Origin: Xylographa opegraphella
Taxonomy: Eukaryota
Reading direction: 5' to 3'
NCBI GenBank assembly: GCA_022813865.1
Contig: JALDZX010000022.1
Span: 186,001-250,000, forward strand
Length of the DNA stretch: 64,000 bases
The position numbers and the translations under genes were made by a program. Within the stretch, counting starts at the first letter, position 1. Each line of letters begins with the position of its first letter. Positions 38,975-52,589 of this stretch are shown here, piece by piece. The notes under the pieces were generated by a model that was not told where the DNA came from, made no database searches, and saw only the letters and a list, made by a program, of their open reading frames with translations.

Positions 38975-40333
38975 AGTGGAGGGAAAGATATGCTTGTACG
39001 ATTGTGATGACGGATGGGGATGGCGTTTTTTTTTTGGTTCTTGATGTCTTAGAATTCCGGAGCTGGGCATGGTTCGTGCGGGAAAAGCGCTGGGCTGGTC
39101 CGGGCTGCGGGCTCGATGGCTTTCTGATGCTCTGGCAGGGGGGCTACGTCCAGCGCGACGGACTACGCTGCTCGGTGAGGCACGGGGCCTGGGTGGAGCG
39201 AGGCGTGCGAGTGAGAGTGTCCCTCGCGACGAAGAGCCGGGATACACTTTTTTTTGGATAACAGCAGATCAGGACGATGCGTAGCTCGTCAACAAGCACG
39301 CATAGCCTGCTATGCGTTCAGAGACGTGAGCACCGTGGCACGAAAAGCCGCGTGTTTCGATCGGTAAATCCATATCCGTTTCTCCGCCTGTCCTGTCCTA
39401 TCCCTATCTTAGACATCCTACGCCAGTCTCACCCCTATCCAACCCCCCAGCCCGGGTGACGTAGGCCAAAAACAGTCTCGACGACAGAGAGAAGCGACGA
39501 CGTCCCCACAGCACCGAACCCCAGAGCCGCACCGCCGAAGCAAGCGAGCGGCGTCTACAGTACTGTCATAGATGATGACAAGCCCCCGATACTGTCGGTC
39601 GTAGATAAAGCTAGTGAAAAGAAATGTCCTTCTCTATCCGCTCGCGAGTATTCCCCCCCCTCGCGCCCCCAATTGAAAAAGCGTACCCGGTACGAACACG
39701 TGAGACAGGAAGAGAGAGAAAAGTTTCCAAATAACGAACTAAACGGCCACGTATAAAAAGAGCAGCATGGCGGAGAACAGAAACATACAGCGTAAACGGT
39801 TAATGATAAAAAAACGGGTTCTCGTGATTTGGGTCATAAGGGAAACAAGAAAAAAAAAAACCAATAAGTCGTAAGGATGGCGTGAATGTAGATAGAGTAA
39901 AGATTTGGAATATGTGGTGGTAGATAGAAGTATCATAAGATGTTACGGAAGAGGGTTTTGGGGGGGCGGCGGTGGACCTGCAGTAGGCAGCGAGGTGTTG
40001 TTTTTTCCTTCTTCTCAGGCGATTGCGGCAGGTCTTGGAACGCGCCTGTGGAACGCATCAGGCGAGAAATTTTGATAGGAGTGCGAGATGCTGGTGCGTT
40101 GCTGGAGGTCTACTCGTGGCCGAGCACCCGTTTCAGGCGTAGGATCTGATATTCGGCGTGGTGAACGTGACGCCAAGAATTCTTTGCTAAATTTGGATCT
40201 TCAATCGCGTGGCGCTGGTTTCTCGTCGTCGAGCTGTGACTGTCATGACCGCCATTCATGGTCGACGAGTTGTTTAACGCTATGTTACATACCGTCATGA
40301 TACAGGATCTCTGAACCATGTTGCCGAAATGTT

Positions 40334-42368
40334 TTATTCGACATATCCGACATAAAGCGTCAGCTTGGGGTTCCGCTGCAATGCAACATCGAGGTCGCGA
40401 TCACTCAGGAGCTCCGCGTAGTCGTTACTCGGCTCGTCCTTGTATTGAACCATTATGTCGTCCCGGACCTTGAGTCTCTCCATCAACTTTTCCTTCAGCT
40501 GCTGAAACGCGATGTCTGCAGGGACCCGAATAGCAATGAGGTCGTCCTCAAAGAAGACTTTGATCTTTAGTGCACCGGAGGCAGAGATGTTCGTCATCGA
40601 TGTATTGCCTGGAACGGATGATGAGGGATTGGAAACATTAGAAGCCTGAGTCAAGGAGGAAGGCTGCCGTTGGATCGGCTGCTGCGGATCGTTGCGGTAG
40701 ACTTGCTGATGTACTCCATTGGTAATCGCGTTCGAGGGCTGGTTCCGCTGATGATTAGACCGCTGCTGTGATGGCATGTGGCCAGGGCCGTTATTCCCGC
40801 CGTTGATTTGACCTTGGGAAGATTGCCTCGAAGCTGTTTGGGAGAGGGACGATCGTTGCGACGCCCCTGAAAGCCGATAGTCCTCGCCCATGGCACGTGG
40901 ATCAAGCTCAAAATCACCTTCTCTGGGAGCAAATAACTGGCGGACAAGATGGCATTTGGAGATATAAGGAGGCAGAGCAAGCAGTTTCTTGACGTACTCG
41001 TTGAGACTTTCTCGCCTACCGTTCGATATTGTGTCTGTAACATAGGTGACAGGACCGGGCATAAAGGGCAGTATTCGTGTCCCGCCATCCGCAGCGGCCT
41101 CCTTTGGAAACTCCCGCAGCAAGGCAATCTGAAAGTCATAAAAGTTCTGATAGTAACGAGAGAGCTCCCAATGGCTGCCGTCCTCTAGAACACATTCGAT
41201 GATATACCAGTACTTGTCGTTTTCGAAGCAATACCGAGGAATAGATGCAGATACTGGAGCCAGGAGAGTCGAATGCGAGTCCCTCGTCCTGCTCATTCGA
41301 CTGCCGTGCTGATTGGATACATGTCCCTAGCAAGATAGCTTATTAGTAATGTTCCACGTCCCCAGCGTCGAGACACATACGTATGAGTTGCCATTCGAAG
41401 TAACGTGGCTTTGGCTGCCATTATTCAATGTCATGCCATCGAAGCTGGCCGGCAAGGACGCTGCAGTCGCTGTTTCAATCCTGCCCAGAGGTATACTGCT
41501 TTTCTTGTAATCTGCTGCAAGCTTTTTCCATTCTTCGACCTTGGGTACACCTGCCAAATGTACGGCCTTCTGCGCATCAGGAACTGCTTGCCCAGTGTGC
41601 GTATCCCTTATCTCGATGAAGGATACAGGTATCAGTCCGGGCCCGCCTAGACGCCCAATGGGTTTCGCAACAAACCACTCTGGGTTTGACTGCGCGATAA
41701 CAATTATGGCTTCTCCCTGTTTGGCCTCCAACTCGTCAGGCCTCTCGGCATTAAAGTCGTACTGGACCACACCGTAGACTTTCGAGGCTTTACTCGCACC
41801 GGAGGACATTCTGGAAGACGCCGGTGTCTTTGCTGTGATAGTCGAGTCTGTTCGGCTATGGCTCCCGGCCGTGGAATAGCCCGAATCAGGCAACTGATTG
41901 CTGGCTCCCGAGGCCGCTGAACCCGCACTTTGCCTCTCTGTCTTGCCAATAACCTCGAAGAAGGACACTGGGACTAAGCCTCGAGCGTTGGGAACAAGCG
42001 GATTGCATGCCTCGTACCACTGTTGATCATCTTCGCGACTTATAACATGAAAGAAGTCGCCTTTATGAAAGGCGAGCTCCTCATGATTCTGAGGTTCTGG
42101 TTCATAGTCGAACAAGGCCTTGATGACCTAAGGGTAACAAGAACTATCAGCGCCCTGGGTTATAAGGACAAAGACTGGAATTTTTATGTCATGTACCTTC
42201 TTCGGCGGCAGTATAGCAATCGCAGACTTCGGAGTTATAGAAATATGATGTGGCCTCGGATCGTCTTTCCCCCCCTTCATAGATCGCCGGATCGCCTACA
42301 AGGACATTAGATACGGCGAACAACCAACAAGCCAAGAGATCTGCAATGCCTATGCATACCTTCATCAT
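40334..42368 (-). CDS. BEM1: Polarity scaffold Bem1/Scd2 (SH3-SH3-PX-PB1)
   Basis: MMK|AIRRS...ILPPKK|VIKALFDY, ELAFHKGDFFHV, EWFVAKPIGRLGGPGLIP, PX RYYQNFYDFQIALL, PB1 LKIKVFFEDDLIAIRVP. Confidence 0.95.
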
Positions 42369-44148
42369 CAGCGATCGACAGTGCTGCGCGAACCTGCCTC
42401 GGTGTTTGGGAAGCTGACCCTATCTGATTTTCTTGTGTCGGAGAGTATGGAAATCTGTCCAGAGTTTGAGTCGTACCACCTCGTCGTCGCACAGGCTCGT
42501 CGAGCGCGGGAGGTTCGAGAAGGTGAGATTCGTGGCAGGTGATGAAGTGGCGGAGCAATTTGGACCGGCCCCGCTTTGTTGGAGCGTTTTCTCTTTGGAG
42601 TTCAACAACCCGATCCAGGAACTCTAAGTTTAAACAATTGAGTTCGTAACCGTTGTACTAGAAGTTGGGTCTGGTAAGGCCGGACAGGTGCTGCAAGGTC
42701 GATGTTCCAACGACGCCAAAGCTCCCTCTTGCGTGGGTAGACCACCAGGACTCGTGATCACGATGCCTTTTCCTTTTGCTTCACCTTTCTGTCGCATGCA
42801 GCGGTGCTGTCAATGATTATTTCACTTCCTGGGTCACATGTAGCTCTTTGTGCAGCGATGCGATGGATTCTGGTGGGGGAGACGATGAGGAAAGCGGCGC
42901 GCAGGGCTGGAAGTGTGTCGTGCGGTTGAATTTTGGGGGCCGCCGAGTGATGATGAGGCACAGCTGGACTGGTTACAGTAAAGGACACTGTATCCGAGGC
43001 AGAGGAGTCTTGCTGTGATACGGAATCGAGACAGGCAACGCTTGCGCTGTATCGGCGTCGGTCGCGCGTAGAGAGCAATCGATCGCACTCGACGAGATGG
43101 AAAAGTTGGCAGTGTCGGAGGTGTGTGGAATGTGGAGTTTGGAGTTTGAAGATTTTGGTGACGGGCCAGTTGGGGACTTGGACGCTTTCCCGGCGCATGC
43201 AGCTAGGACCGCCCGCTGGACCAGGCAGCGGTCACATGTGGGATTCATAAATAGAAAGGCCCAGATCAGAAGGTTAATTCTCCTAGTCGAACAGCAGATT
43301 CAGAGGCTGAGCGATCAAGACCGACAACTGCGGCGCAAAGTCCAAAGTCGATCCTTCCGGACCAAGCATGAAAGACGATGGGCGCATGCCAATTGTGTGG
43401 ATTGCATGATGGTGACTATTGTCTGTATCTGTGAAAGATGCACCTTGCCGGGCGCAGATCGCTGTGAATAGCTGGATTGCGGCTGCTTCGCCCTATACTA
43501 CGACTCTGTCGTCTGCCTTACCATCCGGTGGCAGCCTGGACTGCGATACCACCACAGCTGTATTACGAGTATTACAGTATACTGGGAACTGCAGCGCCGT
43601 CGGGAGGATGAGGCCGAGGTGCCTCCAGAGGACAATGCATGTCTTTCGGCACACTGATCACCAAAACAACGATCCCAATCACTCCATCCTTTTCAATGCA
43701 CGAAGTCAATCTTTATACTTTCTTCTTCCTCTTCTGCAAAGATTATCCGTGGCACTTGAGCGCCGTGTATGTACAAGTATGACTTCTCAACGTATGAACA
43801 TCGCGAAAACGCCTGGAAGCAACCCTCGAGTCAAGTGCCCGGAATCCTGCACCGTAAGCGAACGCCCGTTACAGACCCCCAACTGCGTGATTCATGCCTG
43901 ACACCAACGCTTCTTCCTTTTCCATAGAAATTGCTTAAGAACAGCCTGGTTAGTTACGAGCTCTCAGCGCTGCAGAGACTTGTGAGGTCGAGGTGAAAGT
44001 GACGAGGAAAGAAGGAGACAGGAATGCTACAGAGGAAAAGCGACCGTTTGGGGGACAACGACTGATGAGGGAACAAAGTGAAAGCCACTGTACTCCGAGG
44101 CCGTAACCGGGTGGTTGTATAAACAGCCACCCGATCGTTGTGCACTCA

Positions 44149-45759
44149 TCAGATCTGGCCCTTGATGTCCACCTTTCGGAAAGCTGCATCCTTGACGACC
44201 TCGAAGGTGTTGCCGACTTTGCCGCAAAGCAAGCGGACACCGTCTTCGCGCTCCTCGAGACAGGCTTGGCCTCCTTGATCACAAAGAAATCTTGCGCTCT
44301 CCTCGTCCGATTCGAAGCCGAGCTCCTCGGTAATGAAACGTAATTTCACATCCGGCTTGTACCTGTCCCCCAACATCAGCATCACTCAGGGGGGAAGGAT
44401 ACTATGAGTACGTACGCTTTACAGATATTGGTCAATGCTGCTAGACGTTCACGACTAACGAACATGTCCATCAGGTAAGCTCCCATGTTAGGTGTTTCCA
44501 AATAGAGTTGAAAGAATCTATGATAATTTCCCAATGCCAACGCTGATCGAGCATCCAAAGCGTGCTTGATCGCTGGAGCCTTCTTTTCTGCTGGGGTTAG
44601 ATCTGCCAAAATGTCGTTCATCTCCGTTCGGTTGCGTGTATGGATAAAATACAATATCCGATAGGCCTTGAACTCCATGGGATGGCCTCCGAGGTGATTG
44701 GAATACAGGACCCGTAGTTGTGTTTGACACTGGTTATACTCACCAAGATCCCCCTTCTCTAAAGCAATGCGCGCATGAATCTCATAAACATTCACAGTAA
44801 AGTCATTCCTGATGTGCTGAACAGTAAGATCCTGACGTAACGACTTGAATTGATCACAGATGTAGGAATAGTTGTTATCACTCTTCCACTTTCTCTTGAG
44901 CAAGTCAAGGGTTTTTTCTAATACAGGCAGCGGTCGAACTGTGGCGGGATTTGGAGCGGATGTGAGCCGAAAGTATTTCTTCTCAAGCGTTTCACATGTA
45001 CCGATAACTGGTCCTTGTACTACATCCGGCATATGGGAGGTCCCCATAGTAGACACATTAGGATGCGTGGCAGTTGAGCCGTTCGCTCCGCCTTCGAAAC
45101 GCCGCTTTCGAGATTCCAGATTGAACTGTGACTTACTTGGAGTTTTCCCTACAAGATCATTCCGCTGTCTCTTATCCGCATATGTCAACCTATCCTCAAA
45201 GGCGCCTCCCGTGTTAGTACTACGCCATGGTGGCGGGTTATCGTGCTCATTCTGTTCGTGAGCCAGGTCAGAAGATTTCCTCTTCTTAGATGAAGCGTCG
45301 TTGCTGATGCCATTAGTTTCTTGCACATTGAGGGTAGAAAGATCTCTCCACGCTGAGGTCAGACTCGTATTCATGGTGAGGATTCTTATACGTTCCGCTT
45401 GGATCATTTGCTGGGGCAGGGGAAGATTATCCCAGTCCACGGTGTGAAGTGAGTTACTTTCAGCTGCATCTGAGATGACCTTCTTCAACTTCAGTTCCAT
45501 CTCTTCACGTCCAATGTCGGCAATGCTGTTTTCTGCGGCAAAAGATCTCTGGACATACAACCTGACAGCTGGAGGCCATTCTCGCTTCGGTTTCTCGGTT
45601 TCGGGTGGGTCTGGTGGGGGTGTACGATAATATTGAGGAGGTGGAACTGGGCCGGGCCGTGTAAGTGCTCGACGTGCAGGCACTGCGGTGAAGGCAGGAT
45701 ATGCTTGAACAAGGTCAGCCGCTGCATAATATCCACAGTAACATTGACCTACATTGCAT
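44149..45759 (-). CDS. THP3: SAC3/GANP/THP3-family protein (Thp3/LENG8 type)
   Basis: GTCETLEKKYFRLTSAPNPATVRP, YICDQFKSLRQDLTVQHI, YEIHARIALEKGDLGEYNQCQTQL; ends KVDIKGQI*; 7-nt first exon inferred. Confidence 0.9.
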
Positions 45760-46170
45760 TTCGTAGGGTGCTAGAGGTGCGGATCTCCAATTTGGCGCTG
45801 TAGCAGTCATCGAATGACTTTTGAATTTTAGGGATATCGCAAGATAAGGAAAGCAAGTGTACGTAACAACTTGGGATGCTGAAATACCTAATGGTAATGA
45901 GAAGACGATTTCTAGAGAATCTGCTAGCCAAGTAGTGACGACGCCACTTGGTAGATGATCGTCTTTGAGGGAAGCATGCGAGGGAGAGCGTGCGATGAAG
46001 TTTATCGCGACCAGGTGGAAGAATGCATTAGTCAGCACTAGTTGACTAGTGAGCGGCTTCTTGTGTGTGAATGCCGCTATCGAGGTCTAGTACGAACGTC
46101 ACCGAAAGCGTCTGCTTCGAAGAGATTATCATTTTAAAGGAAGATCCCAGGAGAAGAATGATGATAATAT

Positions 46171-48186
46171 ATGTTTCTCGAGACACTAGACCTTACTACT
46201 GCCTTACGGCCAGAACTGCTGCAGGATGAAACTTTGTTATTCGTTCAGGACGGCGTGGGACTCTACGAAGGGTATGGAGTACAGAAGACTGGCGCTTGAA
46301 TACTTCCACTGCTGTTCCACCATCACTGACTTATGGCTTCAGGAAATTTAGGATCCCTAGCTATCAGAACGGACATGTTTACCTTACCACACACCGCATC
46401 TGCTATGTCGATAATACTGAACCTAGAAAGAATTCGACCGCGATTGAGCTCAAGAATGTGGACAAATACGAGTTTTACGTACGGCAACAGCCCTTTTGTT
46501 TTTCAAATGATGTAACTAAGTATGACGAAGGCTGGCTTTATGCGGTCTTCTGCCAAGATTACGCTGTACCCTAGGCCTGTCCAGAGATCATCTGTCCAAT
46601 TCCGTAGCGGACCCAGTATCTCGGGATCTCAAGCTTCCTCCTTCAGCCCTTCGAGGAGTGCCACAGCGTCCCCTGTGGCGCGAAGTGCTAGTCCATATGG
46701 AGGTCTATCGTCGATAGCCAACGTGCAAAAACAAACAAGTGCAACGTGGGTATGCCCGATCTGCTCGTTCTCAAATCCCGTGCCAATTCATTTTGACCCT
46801 ACGACGGCCAATGCACATACTCCATTGCCACCGTGTCTTACATGTGGGATCAAGCCAGCGCTTGCTGTTGTCTTGAAAGCAGCAATATCGAGTGCATCGA
46901 GACGCCAATACGCTCCGTCACCGAACGAAGCTTCTTCACAGCCACTGCTGGAAACTCACCAGGCATATAATGGGGAGAAACCGGCTGAATATTCTCAGTC
47001 GAGCAACAAAATTGGGCCGAGTCGTGGACTGGAGCTTCCTATCCGTTGTCCGAGGTGCACATTCGAGAATCATCCTTCCTTGACCTTCTGTGAAATGTGT
47101 AATGCGCCGTTGGCATATATCAATGCAAATGATATTCCACCTCACCACAAAGGCATAAGTCGGTCGGCATCCCCTGGCCCATCGCTTGACGGGCCTAACG
47201 CACCCCTGGATGATACTCCAGAGTACATCAAGATCTCGTTTCGCGATGGTGGAGAGAAAACTTTCCATGAGAGACTCAAAGGTGCAATGATCCAACGTAG
47301 GTGGCTCCTCCTGCGCGCACCCATGCCCCAGTATGAAAATCCCTTCGATACGTCTCTCGAAGGCTTTGATTCTTCGCCGGGTTCTTCTGGGGTAGATACG
47401 CCCAACACTCGGTCCAAAGGGGTTGGCATTGCTGGGCTGGAACGTCGTGGATTAGAGCTTCGGAAGAAAAATGAACGGATGATCGGAAATGCATTTGAGG
47501 ATCTTGATACGCTAAGAACATTTTCGAAGGAGATTCTCGCCGTAGCAGACTCCTTTGCCAATAACTGGGATGACAGTTCTCTTGAATCGAGAGCCATTAT
47601 CAGCGAATCCGCAGCTTCTTTGGGGATGGTAACGACCCGAGCAATGCTTGGGTCTAGTGCAAGTTCGGACTTGCTGTACATATCCGAACTGTCTCGAAAT
47701 CTGGCAGAATACCTTACGGATGACCGACAAGGAATCTTGAAGAAGGAGGGTGGTATCATGAGTCTGGTTGACCTCTGGGCTGTGTTCAATCAAGCCAGCA
47801 ATGGCATCGAGCTGAATTATCCTCCCGAGTTTGAAAAGGCCGCCAGATTGTGGGAGAAGCTCGGGCTCCCAGTTCGACTACGAGAATTTCGCAATGGTCT
47901 TCTCGTAGTTCAGCGATACGATTGGACGGACGACAAGTCCATCGCGCAGTTGCTTGCCTGGTTCCAGGACATACGGCTGAACCCTCCTCCCGACGGGCCT
48001 GCGTGGGATTGGAGTCGGTTCGGCAAAGGAGTCACAGCGCAAGAGGCAGCCGCTCACTTTGGATGGAGCGTTGGCGTTGCCACCGAGGAGTTGGAAATGG
48101 CCGAGGAGAAAGCGGCATTGTGCAGAGAGGAAAGCATTGAGGGGGTCCGATTCTGGGAGAATTGGTTGATCGCAGAAGGAACATAA
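46171..48186 (+). CDS. VPS36: ESCRT-II subunit Vps36 (GLUE domain with two NZF fingers)
   Basis: MFLETLDLTTALRPEL, YLTTHRICYVD, WVCPICSFSN, CPRCTFENHPSLTFCEMC, IKISFRDGGEK, GWSVGVATEELEMAE. Confidence 0.95.
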
Positions 48187-48992
48187 ACATAGTCAATGTA
48201 CCATATGTAGCCAGCGACCTATGCGTTCTGAGAACTCATGTGTGTCTGCGATTTGTGACATGCAGTCTCCCGAGTCTGTCTTCGTAATTTCTTCTGAGAG
48301 ACACATCTCGATTCATCAACCATGCAAGGCGTCGAAGCACGTGATACTGTTCGAAAGACTACAAGACATCCACATGGATGCTAGGACGCAATCGATACTT
48401 GGCTTCTGTTGATCGTGATTTCCGACATGGGATGGAAATCAACAGACCTGGTTTCGCTGCGGCCGGACGACCGATGGCGCAACGTCAGCGTGCCGGCGGA
48501 AGCGGCAGCGAGCAAGTCACGATTTGATCGGATCTACGTGTATTTCACTGGTGCCAGAGTAAAGTACATCCTTCTACAATACTTCCGTGCCGTTGTCGAT
48601 CACGGCTTGACTTGATGCTCGAGCTCCCTTTGCACGGTCCGCTAGCCAGCAACGGGCGGCTGAGGCACAGCGGCCAATGGTGAGCATGACCACGGTGATC
48701 GCTGAAGGTCGAGGAACTATGACGCAACGCCTGGGGCATGCTGAGGCCACAACACCAACTGTGCCTTAAACCGATCACCAGTCGGAGGGTGGGACGACAC
48801 GGAGCTCGACGATGGGCAAACGCTCCATGGCCTACAACGACTCGCTGGCGTCGACGGGGGAGCTGTGCCTGTCGATTGACCACGGCGAATATATCTTCAG
48901 CCGGGCAGCTTCTTCCTCATACCGATATCTCCGCATCATTTCCTCCCAGGCTCGTTCCTGAACCACCACACCCTTTCGCTGTCGGAGCAAAG

Positions 48993-50831
48993 ATGCCCTA
49001 TCTAGCCGACCTGACGGGCTACATTCGACGTCAATCCGACAGCCACATGGACCCCATCAGTGTGAACGCCGCCACCACCTCCAAAAGCAGGAAGCCGAGT
49101 GCTACTGGTGCTGGTGAGCGGTCTTCCTTGTAACTTGCCACATTGTCTCTTTCGCATGTCTTACCCACTTACTCCACTTGCGCCCTCGAAACTTTTGGCT
49201 TTCAATTGAGTTCAATCAGCATTGTTCATGCGCTCATTCATTGCTTTCCTCCATTAATCACAACCTCTTATCAGCTGAGTCGCAAGCACTTGGCCAGAGC
49301 CGTCGTGCTTTGCGAGGATTTTATATACAATGCTTTCACCACTCTCTCCATTCTCTCCGCGCAGTCCGGCGCGAGAAGAAAAGAGATTCAACTGGTCAAG
49401 GCCGAAGCTAATCAGCGCCAATTCCGGAACAGGCCACAAAGTCTCATTCTCGGGCTCTTCGAAGTCGACGAAGTCAAGTAACGAGCGCGGTCCTTCACAT
49501 CCTTCACAACCTTCGGACTCGTCTCGATCATCCTCTCCACAAACAACGCCCTCCGCGACGATATGGCCGCCCGTAAACGACCGTTTTCAGACTCGCAACT
49601 GGCAGCGGATAGATCGACAGAGTGAAGCGCTATGGGAGTATGTCTCCGTTTCGCTCTTTCTTCCTTTTCAGACCTATATGTCTGTTCTACAAACCCGCTC
49701 TGTCAAGCAGCTATACAGCTTTGCGGGACCCATTCGGCTCGAAACACAAAGCTTCATATACCAGGCTAACACCGCTGCTCCAGAGAAACCGTCCCGCTCC
49801 CGATCGAATCCCAACCGCGCCCTTTCCTCATCTACCACGACTCCTTCCTCTCCCTGATCGGTCCCGCCCCAACCCTAAAGATCCTCATCGATGACTCCCG
49901 CGCACCCTACTTCCATGAAGCCGGCGTCTTCCACCCCAAAACCAACACGCTCTTCATCACTTCCAACCTGCTCCCCGACCCCACCCCTGACGCCGTCACG
50001 ACGGCCAACAAAACCATCGTCATCACCCGCCTCGAATTCTTCTCGCCCACCGACTTCTCGCGCGACAAGGTACGCTGCCCGGAGCGCAACTACATGGCCA
50101 ACGGCGGCACCAACTACCGCGACGGACTCATTCTCTGCGCTCAAGGCTCGCTCAACGAGCCTGCCGGCCTCATCTACATGGAAGCCAAGCGGCCCCACCG
50201 AACCTGCTCCCTCTTGAACAACTACCACTCGCGGCCGTTCAACTCGCCCAACGACGTCGTCGTCCACTCCGACGGCTCCGTCTGGTTCACCGACCCCATC
50301 TACGGCTTCGAGCAGGGCTTCCGGCCCAAGCCGCAGCTGCCGCAGCACGTGTACCGCTTCGTGCCCGGGACGGGCGACATCCGCGTCGTCGCCGACGGCT
50401 TCGGCCGCCCCAACGGCATCGCCTTCGCCCCGGACGAGCGCACCCTCTACGTCACCGACACCGACGCCGTCCGCCCCTCCGCCCGCCCCACCTGGGACCC
50501 CACCCGCGCCGCGACCATCTACGCATTCTCCCTGCTGCTCGACCCTGCCACCCAGGCGCCCTTCCTCGTCAACCGCCGCGTCTTCGCCCACGCCGACGCC
50601 GGCGTCCCGGACGGCATTAAGTGCGACGTCCACGGCAACGTCTACGCCGGCTGCGGCGACGGCATCAATGTCTGGAACAGCGGTGGTACCCTCATCGGCA
50701 AGATCCTCATCGAGGGCGGCGTCGCCAACTTCTGCTTCGGCCGCAAGGGCGAGCTGTGGGCGTTTGGCGAGAAGAAGTTATGGCGGGTGCAGTTGGCGGA
50801 TGGGACCATGGGCGCTTTGTTGAAGATCTGA
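48993..50831 (+). CDS. SMP-30/gluconolactonase/LRE-family protein
   Basis: YFHEAGVF, FNSPNDVVVHSDGSVWFTDP, RPNGIAFAPDERTLYVTDT, PDGIKCDVHGNVYAGC. Start is either 48993 (spliced 49113^49433) or 49330. Confidence 0.88.
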
Positions 50832-50963
50832 AGTGTGGGCGGATGGCGTTTTTGGGNGGGGTGCAAGTTTGAGAACTTGGGAGAGGGCAGAGGATAATGG
50901 GTTGGGAAGGAGATCTTTCGCACGAGGGGCTGGGGATCCGGATATGTGAGATGTGTGTATGAA

Positions 50964-52126
50964 TTATGGGGCTGGCTGGGTGCAACAGGGAAGGTGTAGA
51001 CCTCGTGTACGAATTTTCGGAGAACCTAGATGAATGTGCCGTAACGACGGCGCTACGAGATACCGGGCTTGTGCCTGATGATGGAAAATTTCAACAAGGA
51101 CAATTGGTCGCAATGATTCGTAACGCTCGGCTTTGTTGCCCAACCATATCCAAGGACAACCCCTGTAGCTTATGGAGGTGATGCCCAAGCATCTCCAAAC
51201 CAACATCAGTAAGCTCGCTTCCGAAGGAAACGATATTCGCAGATAGCGTCTCATAAGGGAGATCTCTAACATTTGAGATCCAAGAATCCGGTAGATGTGG
51301 GAGATGCACCTTCGACAGCGATTTATGCTGAGAAATGACCATAACTGTATCAAAGGAAAAAGCACCGCTGATACATCTTCCCGCTTTGAAGTACTCCAGA
51401 GTCGGCGTAGACTTAGAGAATTGCGTTATACCTTGTTCTGAGATCTCCGTGTCCTTGGAATCGGTCCTAAGCTGTAAGACAAGCCGTTTTAGAGACGGAC
51501 ACCGTTCCTGGCTTACCTGTCAACCTCATTCTAAATTTAAGGAGAGAGTTGAAAATTGAGTAATCCAGGCTTACTCGTATAGTAGAGAGAAAGAGATCGG
51601 AGATACTTCCGCTACCCAGTCGGAAATCTTTGAGCTTAGGCTGGATATATTGCAGTAGGGATGATGTACTGTTATAGAATTTGGCGTTTGCGGAATCAGC
51701 AGTGCTGAAGGATTCGAGGCGAGGGAAAGATATTCCATGGAAGACGCAATGATACGAGGTTTCATCTCTCAGGGCATCTTGGATATTGAGACTCAGGTCT
51801 TCTGCCTCCATGCCAAAGTCAAAATATTGTATATGCCTAGCATACCACCGAAGACGATCAGAGTTTGGAGCTATTGTAGTCAAATCACGAGCTTTGGGCC
51901 GCCGTCTCAACAACCGTTTTGAAGCTCGTCCGTAGGGCCCACCCCCATCATCCCTGGATCCACATCATTCCCATAAATACTTGACAGCATTTTCCTGAAA
52001 TAGCTTGTTGACACGCATACAAATGGTGAGTGTGTGACTATTACCCATAATGAATGTGATTATTTCAGCCACGAGTCCTTGAAGTACCATCGTTTTAAAA
52101 ATAGCAGAATCGTAAATTGCCATCAT
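50964..52126 (-). pseudogene. F-box/LRR-like pseudogene
   Basis: LVAEIITFI...TLTICMRVNKLFQENAVKYLWE is followed by an in-frame TGA at 51965-51967. The frame continues through RLRWYARHIQYFDF, FPRLESF, QPKLKDFRL and CPSLKRLVL, with an early stop near 51091. Confidence 0.6.
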
Positions 52127-52589
52127 TATTTTGTTGAAAATTGATAGAATATGGAACCAGAGTTCGTTCAGCTTGATGAAATTGAATGCCTCTTGACGTT
52201 GATCAGAGACTCGTCTCTCAGCAACCGAGGTCCATAGTTTCCATAGATTTTCACAAAGACTCAGGATTTAGTGAGAACTTCATGATTAACATACCTGGCT
52301 CCATTATGCTGGAAAGAGCTAGTAGACTCTATTCACAAACACCGCGGCTTGAACAGACACAACATTAAGCATGATCCAGTAGTTAAGCATAGTTCCTTGT
52401 ATGCAAATCGTTCAGCAGATAAATATTCATATTCGCTGTTTGATGAAGGCCGGAACTATGCAGATATTGGTTGCTCCAGTATTGACGACGCTAATATGGT
52501 GGCTCAAAAGATGGTGTCACCAGGTTGAGGTTTTGCAGGCTCGAGTCGCATTTCAGAGAGAGTATGAGGCTCAGAGGATTGCGCCAGTC

